NCBI GenBank assembly: GCA_965202625.1
Contig: CBDBBI010000010.1
Coordinates: forward strand, 2,720,001-2,784,000
Length of the DNA stretch: 64,000 bases
Direction of reading: 5' to 3'
Origin: a bacterium
GTDB taxonomy: Bacteria; UBA8248
A model generated the notes under the pieces. It was given only the letters and a program-made list of their open reading frames with translations, did not search any database and was not told where the DNA came from. Within the stretch, counting starts at the first letter, position 1. Every line of letters begins with the position of its first letter. Shown one piece after another: positions 23,310-33,451 of the stretch. The position numbers and the translations under genes are program-made.

Positions 23310-24047
23310 ATGAGTGAAGTCTCGTGCTCGCGTGTTTATGATGAATGGGGCCGCGCCTTCGACGCGCCGTTTTCGGCGCGGCTGGGCGGTATGGTTATAG
23401 CGTGCTACTTGAAAGCGGTATACGCCACTTCGACAAAGATCTTTCTGCAAACGGATTTTCATGAAAAAGTGATAAAGGCGTCCGGCAAGAGGTATATTTG
23501 GGCGTTCTGGCATCGGCACGTGGGGTTGGCCCCCTTCTTCTCTTCGAGCGCCGGTCGCCGCACTTGTATGGCGAGCAGAAGTCGGGATGGGGAATTGAGC
23601 GCCCAGGTGATGTGCCGCCTTGGTGTTCATTGCGCAAGGGGCTCCTCTTCCTTGTCAGATGGGACGGACAAGGGCGGCGGCGGCGCGTTTCGACAAATGG
23701 CGAGAGCCGCGAAAAAAAATGGGCACCAACTTGTCATTACGCCAGATGGGCCGAAGGGTCCGCATGGGAGGGTGCGGATGGGCGTGGTCTCTTTGGCCAG
23801 CGTCACGGGGTATCAGATTTGTCCGGTCGCTTGCGCGGCGTCCCGCTTTTTCACCATCCCCACGTGGGATGGGACGATTTTTCCCCTGCCGTTTGGGAGG
23901 ATATCCGCTTTTTGTGGCGAGCCGCTGGACGTGCCGCGCACCCGGGACAAAAGGGTATTGGAGGCAAAGCGCGTGGAGCTAGAAAAGCGGCTCATTCACG
24001 TGAATAACGAGGCAAAATCCTGCCTGGAAAAGTCCGCTGAGGTGTGA
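23310..24047 (+). CDS. DUF374 / LpxJ-like lipid A late acyltransferase
   Basis: AFWH, ASRSRDGEL, RGSS, ITPDGPKGP, WDGTIFPLPF. Confidence 0.85.
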   Translation: MSEVSCSRVYDEWGRAFDAPFSARLGGMVIACYLKAVYATSTKIFLQTDFHEKVIKASGKRYIWAFWHRHVGLAPFFSSSAGRRTCMASRSRDGELSAQVMCRLGVHCARGSSSLSDGTDKGGGGAFRQMARAAKKNGHQLVITPDGPKGPHGRVRMGVVSLASVTGYQICPVACAASRFFTIPTWDGTIFPLPFGRISAFCGEPLDVPRTRDKRVLEAKRVELEKRLIHVNNEAKSCLEKSAEV

Positions 24048-24054
24048 TCCGCCG

Positions 24055-25326
24055 ATGCTGTTTCTCTACAATGCACTCCTCCTTCTGCTCTCGCCCGCTT
24101 TGCTCGCCTATTTGCTGTTCCGTCTGTGGCTGCGCGGGTCCGATCTTCGGGCGGTGCGTCAAAGGTTCGGATTTCCGCCGCAGTTGCCCGATGTGGCGGA
24201 AGGGCGCCTCTGGCTCCACGCCGTATCCGTGGGGGAAGTAGGCGTGGCCGCCCATCTGGTCCCTGCAATTTTGAAAAAAAAACCGAAATTGAAAATCGTT
24301 CTTTCCACGGTGACGCAAACGGGAAGGGAGGAGGCGGAGAAAATACCCGGGCTCGAGCGGCGTATCTATTTTCCGCTCGACTTCTCCTTGGTTGTCCGCT
24401 GGGCTTTGAGGCGAATTCAACCGTCCATGATCGCACTCATCGAAACGGAGATATGGCCGAATCTCGTGAGTGAGGCCGCGAGAAAAAACATCCCTGTGTC
24501 CATCGTCAACGGGAGGCTCTCGGCTCGTTCGTATAGCGGTTACAGGCGCTTTCAGTTTTTTTTCTCTCCAGTTCTCAGGCGTCTCAGGGGCGTTCTAGCG
24601 CGTGGAGTGGACGACGCCGAGCGATTTTTGAACTTGGGGGCGGTTTGCGTACAGGTTTCCGGAAACGTGAAATTTGACGCGCCTCCGCCGGTGCGGGAGT
24701 CGTCGTCCGCCTCTTATGGCTTGAGCACGTGTCGGGACGTCATCGTGGCTGGCAGCACGCACCCGGGGGAGGAGAGTTTGATTGGGGAGGTCGTATCGTC
24801 CATTCGTCGAAACATGCCCGAGGTGGGTCTCCTCCTCGCCCCACGTCACCTTGCAAGAATCGATCAAGCGGAAGAAACCCTGCGCACCTTGGGGGTTTCT
24901 CCCGTGCGATGGAGTCGCGTGAAAAATGCGGACGAGGATCATCGGGTTGTCATTCTGGACGTGATGGGCGAACTCGCGGACGCCTATGCGTGCGCGACGG
25001 TGGCGATTATCGGTGGAAGTTTCATTCCTCATGGAGGCCAAAACCCGATAGAAGCGGCGCGTTGGGCCGTGCCATGCTTGTATGGTCCCCATATGGAGAA
25101 TTTCGCGGAAGTGGCGCGGGAGATGGTGGAGAGGGGCGGTGCGATTCAAGTGAGCGACCGTAGGGCTTTGGAAGCCGCCATCGTGAAATGGCTGCATGAT
25201 CCGGTATCCCGAAAGCGGGCGGGTGAGGCGGCGCGCCGAGTGGTCCGGGACAACCGGGGCGCCGCCGATAGAACCGCGGAATACATCGCTCGCATTCTGG
25301 CGGAATCGGATGGAAGCACGGCATGA
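24055..25326 (+). CDS. waaA: Kdo transferase
   Basis: WLHAVSVGE, ETEIWPNL, NGRLSARS, GNVKFD, AGSTHPGEE, APRH, GGQNPIEAA. Confidence 0.96.
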   Translation: MLFLYNALLLLLSPALLAYLLFRLWLRGSDLRAVRQRFGFPPQLPDVAEGRLWLHAVSVGEVGVAAHLVPAILKKKPKLKIVLSTVTQTGREEAEKIPGLERRIYFPLDFSLVVRWALRRIQPSMIALIETEIWPNLVSEAARKNIPVSIVNGRLSARSYSGYRRFQFFFSPVLRRLRGVLARGVDDAERFLNLGAVCVQVSGNVKFDAPPPVRESSSASYGLSTCRDVIVAGSTHPGEESLIGEVVSSIRRNMPEVGLLLAPRHLARIDQAEETLRTLGVSPVRWSRVKNADEDHRVVILDVMGELADAYACATVAIIGGSFIPHGGQNPIEAARWAVPCLYGPHMENFAEVAREMVERGGAIQVSDRRALEAAIVKWLHDPVSRKRAGEAARRVVRDNRGAADRTAEYIARILAESDGSTA

Positions 25327-26408
25327 GCCTTCGTCGGGGCATTCTGATGGCCTGGGAGGGTAATCCCTTGTCTCCTACCTGGTCCCGTGTGCTGGCGAGC
25401 GGTCTTCTGCCTTTGGGAGTCGTCTATGGCGCGGCAATGGCGTATCGGCGCGGCCGCTATGCGGCGGAAAAAATTCGGGTGGAGAGGATTCCCGTGCCCG
25501 TCATCTCTGTCGGTAACCTCGCGTTTGGGGGGACGGGCAAGACGCCCACCGTCGCGTGGGTTCTGGAGAGATTACTCCTCAAGGGTCGAAGACCGGCCGT
25601 GGTGAGCCGAGGCTACGGCGGAAGGTCTGGGGACGTGATGGTCGTGTGTGATGGTGGGGGTGGGCGGATGCCGTCGCCGCCGGCCGGGGATGAAGCCGCG
25701 ATGCTCGCCTGGCGATATCCCCATCTTCCCATTTTAACTGGCGTGGATCGCTCTTTTGTCGCCCAAAAAGCGGCGGAGGAATTTGGAGCGGATGTTGTCG
25801 TAGTCGACGACGGATTTCAGTACCTGTCCCTTTTCCGGGAGATGGATTTGGTGCTTCTGCGGGGAGATTGTCCCTTTGGAAATGGGAGGGTGACTCCTGC
25901 GGGGGTTCTACGGGAACCGGTTTCGGCCTTGAGGCGCGCGGACGCCGTTTTGATGACGGGGGAATGCTCTGATCGCGCGAGGGGCGAGATTCAGTCTCTG
26001 GTGCAGGAGGTTCCCGTTTTTACCGGAAGTCTCGAGCCCGATTCGATTCTGAATTCACAGGGAGAAACCGTAGGTGCGCCCGATGTGCTGAGGGGGAGGA
26101 AAGTTGTCGCCGTGAGTGGCGTGGGGAATCCGTATGGCTTTGAGAGGACGCTCGAATCGTTGCGCGTCGAGGTCCTGGCGCATCATGCGTATCCGGATCA
26201 TGCTCGTTACGTGGTGGCCGATGGCGCGCGCCTTGCTTCATCGCTCCAGAAAACGGGGGCCGATTTCATTCTGACGACGGAGAAAGACGCGATAAAACTG
26301 ACCCCCTTCCTGGGTGAGACACCGTTTTACACGCTTCGGGTGGCGATGAAAATCAACGACGACACAGATTTGGCCGCCTTGGTTGAGGAGAAACTCTTTT
26401 CCTCTTGA
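25323..26408 (+). CDS. lpxK: Tetraacyldisaccharide 4'-kinase
   Basis: SVGNLAFGGTGKTP, SRGYG, DDGFQ, PAGVLRE, TTEKDAIK. Confidence 0.96.
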   Translation: MSLRRGILMAWEGNPLSPTWSRVLASGLLPLGVVYGAAMAYRRGRYAAEKIRVERIPVPVISVGNLAFGGTGKTPTVAWVLERLLLKGRRPAVVSRGYGGRSGDVMVVCDGGGGRMPSPPAGDEAAMLAWRYPHLPILTGVDRSFVAQKAAEEFGADVVVVDDGFQYLSLFREMDLVLLRGDCPFGNGRVTPAGVLREPVSALRRADAVLMTGECSDRARGEIQSLVQEVPVFTGSLEPDSILNSQGETVGAPDVLRGRKVVAVSGVGNPYGFERTLESLRVEVLAHHAYPDHARYVVADGARLASSLQKTGADFILTTEKDAIKLTPFLGETPFYTLRVAMKINDDTDLAALVEEKLFSS

Positions 26409-26416
26409 GCGGAGCG

Positions 26417-27505
26417 TCAGCCTCGTATGGAGGCGAGCAAATAGGCGCCTCCCGTGAGGAAGATGGCGTTGGGTCCCCAGGCCGCTAGAATGGGTGGCAG
26501 GCGTCCGGCATGTCCGAGCGAGAGGCTCGCATAGAAAAGAACGAGATAGACGGCGCCAACCCCGATGGTGATGGCGACGCCCAGAGCGGCTCCGCCGCTT
26601 CTGCTGCTGCGAATGGAGAAGGGGACGCTCACCAAAACCAGAACGAAACTGATGAAGGGCATAGAAATTTTGGCCCACATATCTACGATGTGGCGGGTGG
26701 GATAGACGCCGCTTCTCCTCAGGTTCTGGATGTAGCGGCTGAGCTCTTGGTAATTCATCGTTTCCGGTGCTCTGCCCGTTTTTTTGAAATCTTCCGGTTT
26801 TTCCATGACCATGAAAATTTTTTTCTGGAAAGTTTCTCGCCTGATTTTTCCCTCGTCCTCAAAATGATGAATGAGGCCTTGATGAAACACCCAGTGCTTT
26901 CTCTCAGGTGCCCAGGCCACCTTGCGCGCGTCGACGCGTTGCGATAGGCGATTATCCCGGTCTATTCGGTACAGCGTAACGCCTCTCATTGTTTTCGTGT
27001 TCGGATTGTAGTGCGTGATTTGCCAGATGGTGTTGTCCCCCGAGCGATACCAGATCTTGTCTCTCTGGGCATGGGTTCGCAAGCCGACTTTTTTGATGCG
27101 GACTCGCCAGACGTAGTTCTCGCGCATGTTGGCTATCGGCACGACGTATTCGTTCGCCAGGAAGTTGAGGAGACTAATTCCTAGGCTGGCGATGAGGATT
27201 GGCGTAATGATTCGGTAGATGCTCAGCCCGTTGGCGCGCATCGCGACAAATTCGTTTCCCCTGGAGAGAAGAACCAGCGTGAGCGTGCTCGCCAGCAGAA
27301 CGGTGAGCGGAACGGAGAGGAAGACGAGCTGGGGCATTTTGTAGAGGAAATATAGGGTGCCATCGATCAGAGTCGCTTTTCTTTCGATAAAATCATCAAT
27401 TCGTTCGACGAATTCCGCTATAAAAAAAAGTGTGATGACCCCCGCCTGACAGATGAGCGCCATTCTGAAAAACTGTTTGAGAATATAGCGGTTGAGTAAG
27501 TTCAT
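26417..27505 (-). CDS. lptG: LPS export ABC transporter permease LptG
   Basis: LptF/G architecture, LSRGNEFVAMRANGLS, AAWGPNAIF. Confidence 0.9.
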   Translation of the reverse strand: MNLLNRYILKQFFRMALICQAGVITLFFIAEFVERIDDFIERKATLIDGTLYFLYKMPQLVFLSVPLTVLLASTLTLVLLSRGNEFVAMRANGLSIYRIITPILIASLGISLLNFLANEYVVPIANMRENYVWRVRIKKVGLRTHAQRDKIWYRSGDNTIWQITHYNPNTKTMRGVTLYRIDRDNRLSQRVDARKVAWAPERKHWVFHQGLIHHFEDEGKIRRETFQKKIFMVMEKPEDFKKTGRAPETMNYQELSRYIQNLRRSGVYPTRHIVDMWAKISMPFISFVLVLVSVPFSIRSSRSGGAALGVAITIGVGAVYLVLFYASLSLGHAGRLPPILAAWGPNAIFLTGGAYLLASIRG

Positions 27506-27513
27506 GCGGGAGT

Positions 27514-28731
27514 TTAAAGCGGATTGCGCGGGAGCAAAGCGAGGGGTTTCAAGAGCAAACCCCGGATGTCAATGGCGTTGCGCCGTTTCACGGTTTGGAC
27601 CATATAGCCTGCAATGAGGGCTAAAAATATGTTCGGCCCCCATACGGCGAAGGAGGGATGAATTCGCCCGTTCTCTCCCATCCCTTCGGCAAAGGTGAGA
27701 ATTACGTAATAGAGAATCAGGACACCCAGGCTCAGGGCGAAACCACCGTGACGTCCTGAGCGTCGGTTTTGCGCTCCAAGAGGTGCTCCCAGGAAAGCCA
27801 GAATGAGGCAGGCGAAAGGAATGGCGAATTTCTTGTGTATCTCCACGAGAATGGCGTTATATCGGATCGTTCCTGGTTTTTGTTGTTTTAATTTTCTTCT
27901 GAGCGCGCTTAACGGAAAAGAGGGCAGGCTCGTCCGAAGCGCTTTCGATTTCCCGATAGTGGTCGTGAGGTCCAGGTTGAGGTCGTATGTCTCGAAGCGA
28001 GTAACTTGATAATGATTGTTATGGAGGGCGAAAAGGTTGTGCGTGCTTGTTTTTTTGCGAGGGGCTTTTTCAGTGCCGCCGACCGTATGAACAGTTCCCC
28101 TGACGAGACGCAGCCATACTTTCGGGGACATGGGAGATTTGATGAGCATACCATGGTCCGCGAAGATGACCTGGTTCTTTTCCTTTTCTCTCGTATTCGA
28201 AATTATGATCCCTCGCATGATCTTGCTCAACGCTTCGACTTCTTGAACGTAGATCATGATTCCGTCGAATCTGTCGTTGAAAACCTGCTCCCGCACCTCG
28301 AATGCAGCGGTTCGGCTGCGGAGTATCCGCTGGCTGAGCTCCAGGGTGGTGCTTTGGCTCCAGGGAAGAGCAAATATCATGAGGAATCCACTCAGAGCCG
28401 TGGCGGCTATTCCGGTAACTCCCACAGGGATGAGCTGAGAGTAAAAACTCACACCAGAGGCGGTTATCGCGACAAACTCGCTGTCGCTTGACAAACGGCT
28501 GAACGTCATTATGCAGGCGATGAGAATAGAGATGGGCAATGTCGCCAGGAGAAGAACGGGTAGGGCGGCGAAAAGGAATTGCGCCACAATCGAGAACGGC
28601 ACTCCTCGGTTCAGCACCAAATCCGTGAATTGTAGCATTTTGTTGAGTAGAAGGATGAACGTCAGAAAAAATAACGATATGAGGAGATAGGATGCCAGTT
28701 CGCCCAGAATGTATCGGTGTAGTATTTTCAA
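27514..28731 (-). CDS. lptF: LPS export ABC transporter permease LptF
   Basis: RLSSDSEFVAITASGVS, EIHKKFAIPFACL, AVWGPN. Confidence 0.9.
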   Translation of the reverse strand: MKILHRYILGELASYLLISLFFLTFILLLNKMLQFTDLVLNRGVPFSIVAQFLFAALPVLLLATLPISILIACIMTFSRLSSDSEFVAITASGVSFYSQLIPVGVTGIAATALSGFLMIFALPWSQSTTLELSQRILRSRTAAFEVREQVFNDRFDGIMIYVQEVEALSKIMRGIIISNTREKEKNQVIFADHGMLIKSPMSPKVWLRLVRGTVHTVGGTEKAPRKKTSTHNLFALHNNHYQVTRFETYDLNLDLTTTIGKSKALRTSLPSFPLSALRRKLKQQKPGTIRYNAILVEIHKKFAIPFACLILAFLGAPLGAQNRRSGRHGGFALSLGVLILYYVILTFAEGMGENGRIHPSFAVWGPNIFLALIAGYMVQTVKRRNAIDIRGLLLKPLALLPRNPL

Positions 28732-28924
28732 TAGGGATCCTCTGGGAGGCGTTCACCGAACGCTCCTATATCACCCTATACGAGCAGTTGCCGGATTGCA
28801 AAGCGTTTTTCCCGCTCGTTGACGCTCATGGCATCGGTTGATAGCGTTGAAAAAAGGGGGAGTTTTGCTTCGTCGTGCCTCTCGGGGCCGTGGCGCGGAG
28901 CGGCTCTTGGAGGAGGAATAGGGA

Positions 28925-30013
28925 TTGAGCAGTGACGTTCAGAAGAGGGAATTGCACCTGGTAGTGGCTCCTACGTGGATAGGCGACACGGCCATGGCCG
29001 CTCCTTTTTTCTCATCGTTGCGCAAGGCGCATCCCGGAGCGAGGGTGATGGCGGTGGCGGGCCCCTGGACTTCCGGTCTACTTCGCAGCTTTCCCTGGAT
29101 AGATCGAGTCTTGTCGGTCGATGAGGGGAAATGGAGAAGATTCTTTTCGCTGAAGGGGATGCTGAAGGGTGAGACGGTAGACTGTGCGTGGATTCTGCCC
29201 AATGGTTTTCGCGCGGCGTTGCTGGCGAGGTGGTTGGGGGCGAGGCGCCGCATCGGGTACGTCGTCGACGCTCGAGGCTGGCTCTTGAGCGATGGCGTGC
29301 TCCGCTCGCCGAACGCGCCTCATTTGGCGGATTATTATCTTCGTCTTCTTGAGGCGCAAGGATACACGACCCAGCCCCAGGTGGATGATTTCTATATCAC
29401 GCCAAAGGCGCAAGAATTCGCAGAGAATTTGTTAGAGGGGCATTCTGGCGGTGAAGGTGCCCCGTTGGTGGGTGTCCACCCCGGGGCTTTTTTTGGCGAG
29501 TCGAAGACCTGGCCGCTGGAGCACTTCAAAGCGCTCATCCACCGTCTCATCGACGGCGAGGGGGCCCGGGTCTTCATATTGGGCGGGCCGGGCGAACTGG
29601 TACTTGCGGAGAAATTGGACACGATGTCTGGCCGGCGCGCGACGAATCTGGCCGGAAAGGACACTTTACAAACGCTGCCCGCTTTGTTGTCTCGCTTGGA
29701 CGTGCTTATATCCGGCGACACGGGCCCGCTTCACGTGGCGGCGCTCGTCGGCACGGCAACGATTGCGCTGTTTGGCCCTACGGATTATCGTCAAACGGCT
29801 CCAAAAGGCCTTCGGGCCCGGACCATTCATAAGAATCTCGATTGTAGCCCGTGTTTTCAGAGGACATGTCCGCTCCGTCATCACGACTGCATGAAGCGGA
29901 TTACGCCTGAAGAAGTGGCGGCCGAGGCCGTAGGGTTGCTACGTCAAAAATTTGAGGCGCGCAAGAGTGGAAATAGAGGAAGTCATGCCCATGAGGCCGG
30001 CGATATTTTTTGA
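28925..30013 (+). CDS. waaF: LPS heptosyltransferase II (GT9)
   Basis: PTWIGDTAMA, HPGAFFGESKTWP, GDTGPLHVAA, C-terminal CSPCFQRTCPLRHHDCM. Confidence 0.9.
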   Translation: MSSDVQKRELHLVVAPTWIGDTAMAAPFFSSLRKAHPGARVMAVAGPWTSGLLRSFPWIDRVLSVDEGKWRRFFSLKGMLKGETVDCAWILPNGFRAALLARWLGARRRIGYVVDARGWLLSDGVLRSPNAPHLADYYLRLLEAQGYTTQPQVDDFYITPKAQEFAENLLEGHSGGEGAPLVGVHPGAFFGESKTWPLEHFKALIHRLIDGEGARVFILGGPGELVLAEKLDTMSGRRATNLAGKDTLQTLPALLSRLDVLISGDTGPLHVAALVGTATIALFGPTDYRQTAPKGLRARTIHKNLDCSPCFQRTCPLRHHDCMKRITPEEVAAEAVGLLRQKFEARKSGNRGSHAHEAGDIF

Positions 30014-30569
30014 CAGGGATGGAACTTTGAATCGTGACGTGGGCTATGTCACCCATCTTGACATATATGAACTCCTGCCGAGGGCGGCGGCGGCTGTGCG
30101 AAAGGTGAACGAGGCGGGGTGGCTCGCCATACTGATTACGAATCAGGCGGGCGTGGCCAGAGGCTACTTTCCGGAATCCTTTTTGGAAAGAGTGCATCGC
30201 AAACTCCGGAACGAGCTCGGCACCAAAGGAGCACGGCTCGATGCGATCTATTACTGTCCACACGCTCCGAATGGAGACGTCCCCGGTTATGTGTTCGATT
30301 GCAAGATGCGAAAGCCCTATCCCGGCATGGTTTTGAAAGCGGCGGCGGAGTGCGACGTCGATTTGGAGCGATCCGTCATGCTGGGAGATAAATACTCCGA
30401 TTTGGAGGCAGGCTGGCGTGCGGGTTGCAGGTCGGGCCTGTTGCTCACGGGGTATGGACGGGGGGAGAGAGAACTGCGCGGTTCTCAGTGGCCCCGTCAG
30501 CCGGATTTCGTGGCGCAAGATGCGTATCATGCAGTGGAGATCGTTTTGGGCGCGGCGGGGAATTGCTAG
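29985..30569 (+). CDS. gmhB: Heptose-1,7-bisphosphate 7-phosphatase
   Basis: FFDRDGTL, TNQAGVARG, YCPH..CKMRKPYPGM, GDKYSD. Confidence 0.93.
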   Translation: MPMRPAIFFDRDGTLNRDVGYVTHLDIYELLPRAAAAVRKVNEAGWLAILITNQAGVARGYFPESFLERVHRKLRNELGTKGARLDAIYYCPHAPNGDVPGYVFDCKMRKPYPGMVLKAAAECDVDLERSVMLGDKYSDLEAGWRAGCRSGLLLTGYGRGERELRGSQWPRQPDFVAQDAYHAVEIVLGAAGNC

Positions 30570-30570
30570 T

Positions 30571-31563
30571 ATGGATTCGAAACTGGCGGAATACGTCGAA
30601 AAATTTTCATCAGCCCGCGTGGCGGTGCTCGGCGATTTCATCGCGGATGAATTCATCCACGGCGCCACCTCTCGCATCAGCAGGGAGGCGCCCGTTCTCG
30701 TTCTGGATTTCATTGGCCGCGACGTCGTTCCCGGCGGTGGAGGCAACGCGGCTATGAACGCGGCAGCTCTAGGCGGAAATGTGAGCGCGATCGGCGTTTT
30801 GGGCGCCGATGACATGGGCGAGGCTCTCTGTCGCGAGATGGGGCACCACAGGGTCGACACGAAGTGTTTGTGGGAAGACGCCGAGCGCGTCACCCCCACG
30901 AAGACGCGCGTGATGGCGGGCGGCCGAAACACCACGCGCCAGCAGGTGATTCGGGTGGATCGTGAAAAACGGTTGGAGATGAGCGCGCGGTTTGAGTCTC
31001 GAATGGTGCACGAAATCGAACGGATAGGAAGTGACGGCGTGGACGCCCTCATCGTCTCTGACTATGGCTTGGGGGTTGTGACGAATGTCGTGAAGGCGTC
31101 GATTCGGAAATTGCCTGAAAAGATGGTCGTCACCGTAGACAGCCGATATGGGGGGGACTCGTTTTTGGGCGTCACCGCCATCACGCCCAACGAAGAGGAA
31201 GTGGAGGAGTTGCTCGGCTATCGCCCCGATGGGGATCATCTTGACGACGCTGGTGCCGCTTTGCTTCAAAAAACGGGCGCCCGAGGAGTGTTGATCACCC
31301 GGGGCGACAAAGGGATGAGCCTCTTTGAAGGGAATTCTCCAAGGTTTGACGTCCCTATTCATGGTTCAAGCCAGGTGCTTGACGTGACTGGGGCGGGAGA
31401 TACGGTGATCGCCGCGTTCACGCTCTCCCTGGCCGTGGGCGCGTCGATGCGGGAGGCGGCGGAGATCGCCAATCGGGCGGCAGGACTGGTGGTGATGAAG
31501 GCCGGGACGACGGTGGTGGAGCCTCGCGAGCTTCTGGCCACGTTCGAGGAGGATGGCGTGTGA
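30571..31563 (+). CDS. Heptose-7-phosphate kinase (stand-alone HldE domain I / HldA)
   Basis: [39 protein letters not shown]. Confidence 0.9.
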   Translation: MDSKLAEYVEKFSSARVAVLGDFIADEFIHGATSRISREAPVLVLDFIGRDVVPGGGGNAAMNAAALGGNVSAIGVLGADDMGEALCREMGHHRVDTKCLWEDAERVTPTKTRVMAGGRNTTRQQVIRVDREKRLEMSARFESRMVHEIERIGSDGVDALIVSDYGLGVVTNVVKASIRKLPEKMVVTVDSRYGGDSFLGVTAITPNEEEVEELLGYRPDGDHLDDAGAALLQKTGARGVLITRGDKGMSLFEGNSPRFDVPIHGSSQVLDVTGAGDTVIAAFTLSLAVGASMREAAEIANRAAGLVVMKAGTTVVEPRELLATFEEDGV

Positions 31564-32057
31564 GCCTCGGAGAAAGAGCGTGTCGGGGGAAGTGGATGCA
31601 GATGGATGCGCTGAAGCCGGCGTTGGAAGGATTACGCGAACAAGGCAAGCGCATCGTGTTTGCCAACGGGTGCTTCGACATCCTCCACGTCGGGCACGTG
31701 CGTTATTTCCGCGCCGCGAAAGAAAACGGGGACGTGCTGGTGGTGGCGGTCAACAGCGACGTCTCGGCGCGCGAGCTGAAGGGAGAGGGGCGACCGTACG
31801 TGGCACAGGATGAGCGTCTCGAGATACTCTCCGCCCTGGAGCCGATCAATTATCTTCTGCTGTTCGATGCGCTCAATGTGTCGAGCCTTTTGCTCGCCCT
31901 GAAACCCGACGTTCACGCCAAGGGGACGGACTACACACCGGAGACGGTCCCTGAACGGGAGACTGTCCGAAGCTATGGCGGGGAAGTCGTCATTTGTGGA
32001 GATCCGAAGCGACATTCCTCCTCAAGCCTCGTCGCGCGCCTTAGGATGCGGACCTAG
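31560..32057 (+). CDS. Heptose-1-phosphate adenylyltransferase (stand-alone HldE domain II / HldC)
   Basis: [33 protein letters not shown]. Confidence 0.92.
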   Translation: MSLGERACRGKWMQMDALKPALEGLREQGKRIVFANGCFDILHVGHVRYFRAAKENGDVLVVAVNSDVSARELKGEGRPYVAQDERLEILSALEPINYLLLFDALNVSSLLLALKPDVHAKGTDYTPETVPERETVRSYGGEVVICGDPKRHSSSSLVARLRMRT

Positions 32058-33146
32058 ATGGGTGAACGATTCCTGATCATCCGTCTGGGCGCCGTGGGCG
32101 ACGTCGTGCATGCCCTTCCCCTGGCTTCCGCCATCAAGGATGCGCGGCCTGATTCTCACGTTACGTGGGCGGTTGAGCCCGGTCCGGCGCAGGTTCTCCT
32201 CGGGAATTATGACGTGGATGGAATCCTGATTGTTGACTCCAAGAGGTGGAGAAGAAACCTGCCCGTTGGCGGTTTTTTCGCCTTTATGCGCGATCTGCGC
32301 GCCGTGCGAGACGCGCGGCCCGACGTGGTTTTGGATGCCCAAGGACTCATAAAAAGCGGTTTGCTGGCGTGGGCGTCGAGAGCGCCTGTGCGTGTGGGGT
32401 TTGACCATCGTTTTTGTAGGGAAGGGATGAATGTTCTTTTTACGACGCGCCAGACCCTTCCTTTGGAAACCCCGCATCACGTTGTCGAGAAGAATCTGTC
32501 TCTCCTAAAGCCGTTGGGGTTGCCCATTCCTTCGAAGGAGAGATACCGTTTTCCCCTTCAGGAAACGTATCAAGAGGGCGAGCAGGCAGAAAAATATCTA
32601 GAGAGCGTGAATCACGTGGATGGCCGCCCCTTGTTGGTGATCCACCCAGGAGGAGGATGGGCGACGAAACGCTGGGCGCCGGCCCGCTTCGCGCGGCTTG
32701 CGGATTATTGGCGGGAAAGCGACATGGGAGGCGTTCTCTTGGTTTGGGGCCCGGGCGAAGAAGAGACGGTGAAGAAGGTCGCGAACGCCATGCGAACGCA
32801 GCCTTGTGTGGCGCCAGGGACGAGCATCCGCGAGATGATGGCCTTGATTCGGCGCGGCGATTATTTCGTGGGTGCTGATTCGGGGCCTACGCACCTCGCT
32901 GCCGCGATGGGCGTCCGATGCCTGACGATCATGGGGCCTACCGAACCCGTGAGAAACGGCCCTTGGGGATCGGGGCATCTTGTTTTGCATCATCGCCTCG
33001 CCTGCAGTGGCTGTCATGCGAGAGAATGTCGGGACGTAGAGTGTTTGGAGCGCGTGAAAGTCGAAGCGGCGATAGATGGTTTGAACCGTCTTCGTCTGGG
33101 CGATGAAAAACATGGCGAAGTATGCGAAAATAAGGCGTTTTTGTGA
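32058..33146 (+). CDS. waaC: LPS heptosyltransferase I-like (GT9)
   Basis: RLGAVGDVVHALP, DAQGLIKSG, HPGGGWATKRW, DSGPTHLAAA. Confidence 0.85.
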   Translation: MGERFLIIRLGAVGDVVHALPLASAIKDARPDSHVTWAVEPGPAQVLLGNYDVDGILIVDSKRWRRNLPVGGFFAFMRDLRAVRDARPDVVLDAQGLIKSGLLAWASRAPVRVGFDHRFCREGMNVLFTTRQTLPLETPHHVVEKNLSLLKPLGLPIPSKERYRFPLQETYQEGEQAEKYLESVNHVDGRPLLVIHPGGGWATKRWAPARFARLADYWRESDMGGVLLVWGPGEEETVKKVANAMRTQPCVAPGTSIREMMALIRRGDYFVGADSGPTHLAAAMGVRCLTIMGPTEPVRNGPWGSGHLVLHHRLACSGCHARECRDVECLERVKVEAAIDGLNRLRLGDEKHGEVCENKAFL

Positions 33147-33248
33147 ATGAAGCCGGCCATTTTTTATTTCCTGAGGTGACGGCGCCATCGCTCTGATGAT
33201 TTGTATGTCGTCTTGGCGTTTTGACCGAAAAATGGGGAGAGGCGAAAA

Positions 33249-33446
33249 GTGAGCGTGGACAAGGAGTTGTTGGAGATATTGGCGTGCCCCGTCACCAAGA
33301 CCCCGCTTGAGTTGAGTGGGGACGGAAATTTTTTGATCGCCCGTAAGTCGGACCTGGTCTATAAAATCGAGGATGGTATCCCTATCATGCTCGTCGACGA
33401 GGCCATTCCGCTTGATGAGTGGGAGAAGGCACAGGAAAAGAGCTAG
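33249..33446 (+). CDS. Trm112/YcaR family protein
   Basis: LLEILACPVTKTPL..YKIEDGIPIMLVDEA. Confidence 0.92.
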   Translation: MSVDKELLEILACPVTKTPLELSGDGNFLIARKSDLVYKIEDGIPIMLVDEAIPLDEWEKAQEKS

Positions 33447-33451
33447 CGAAA

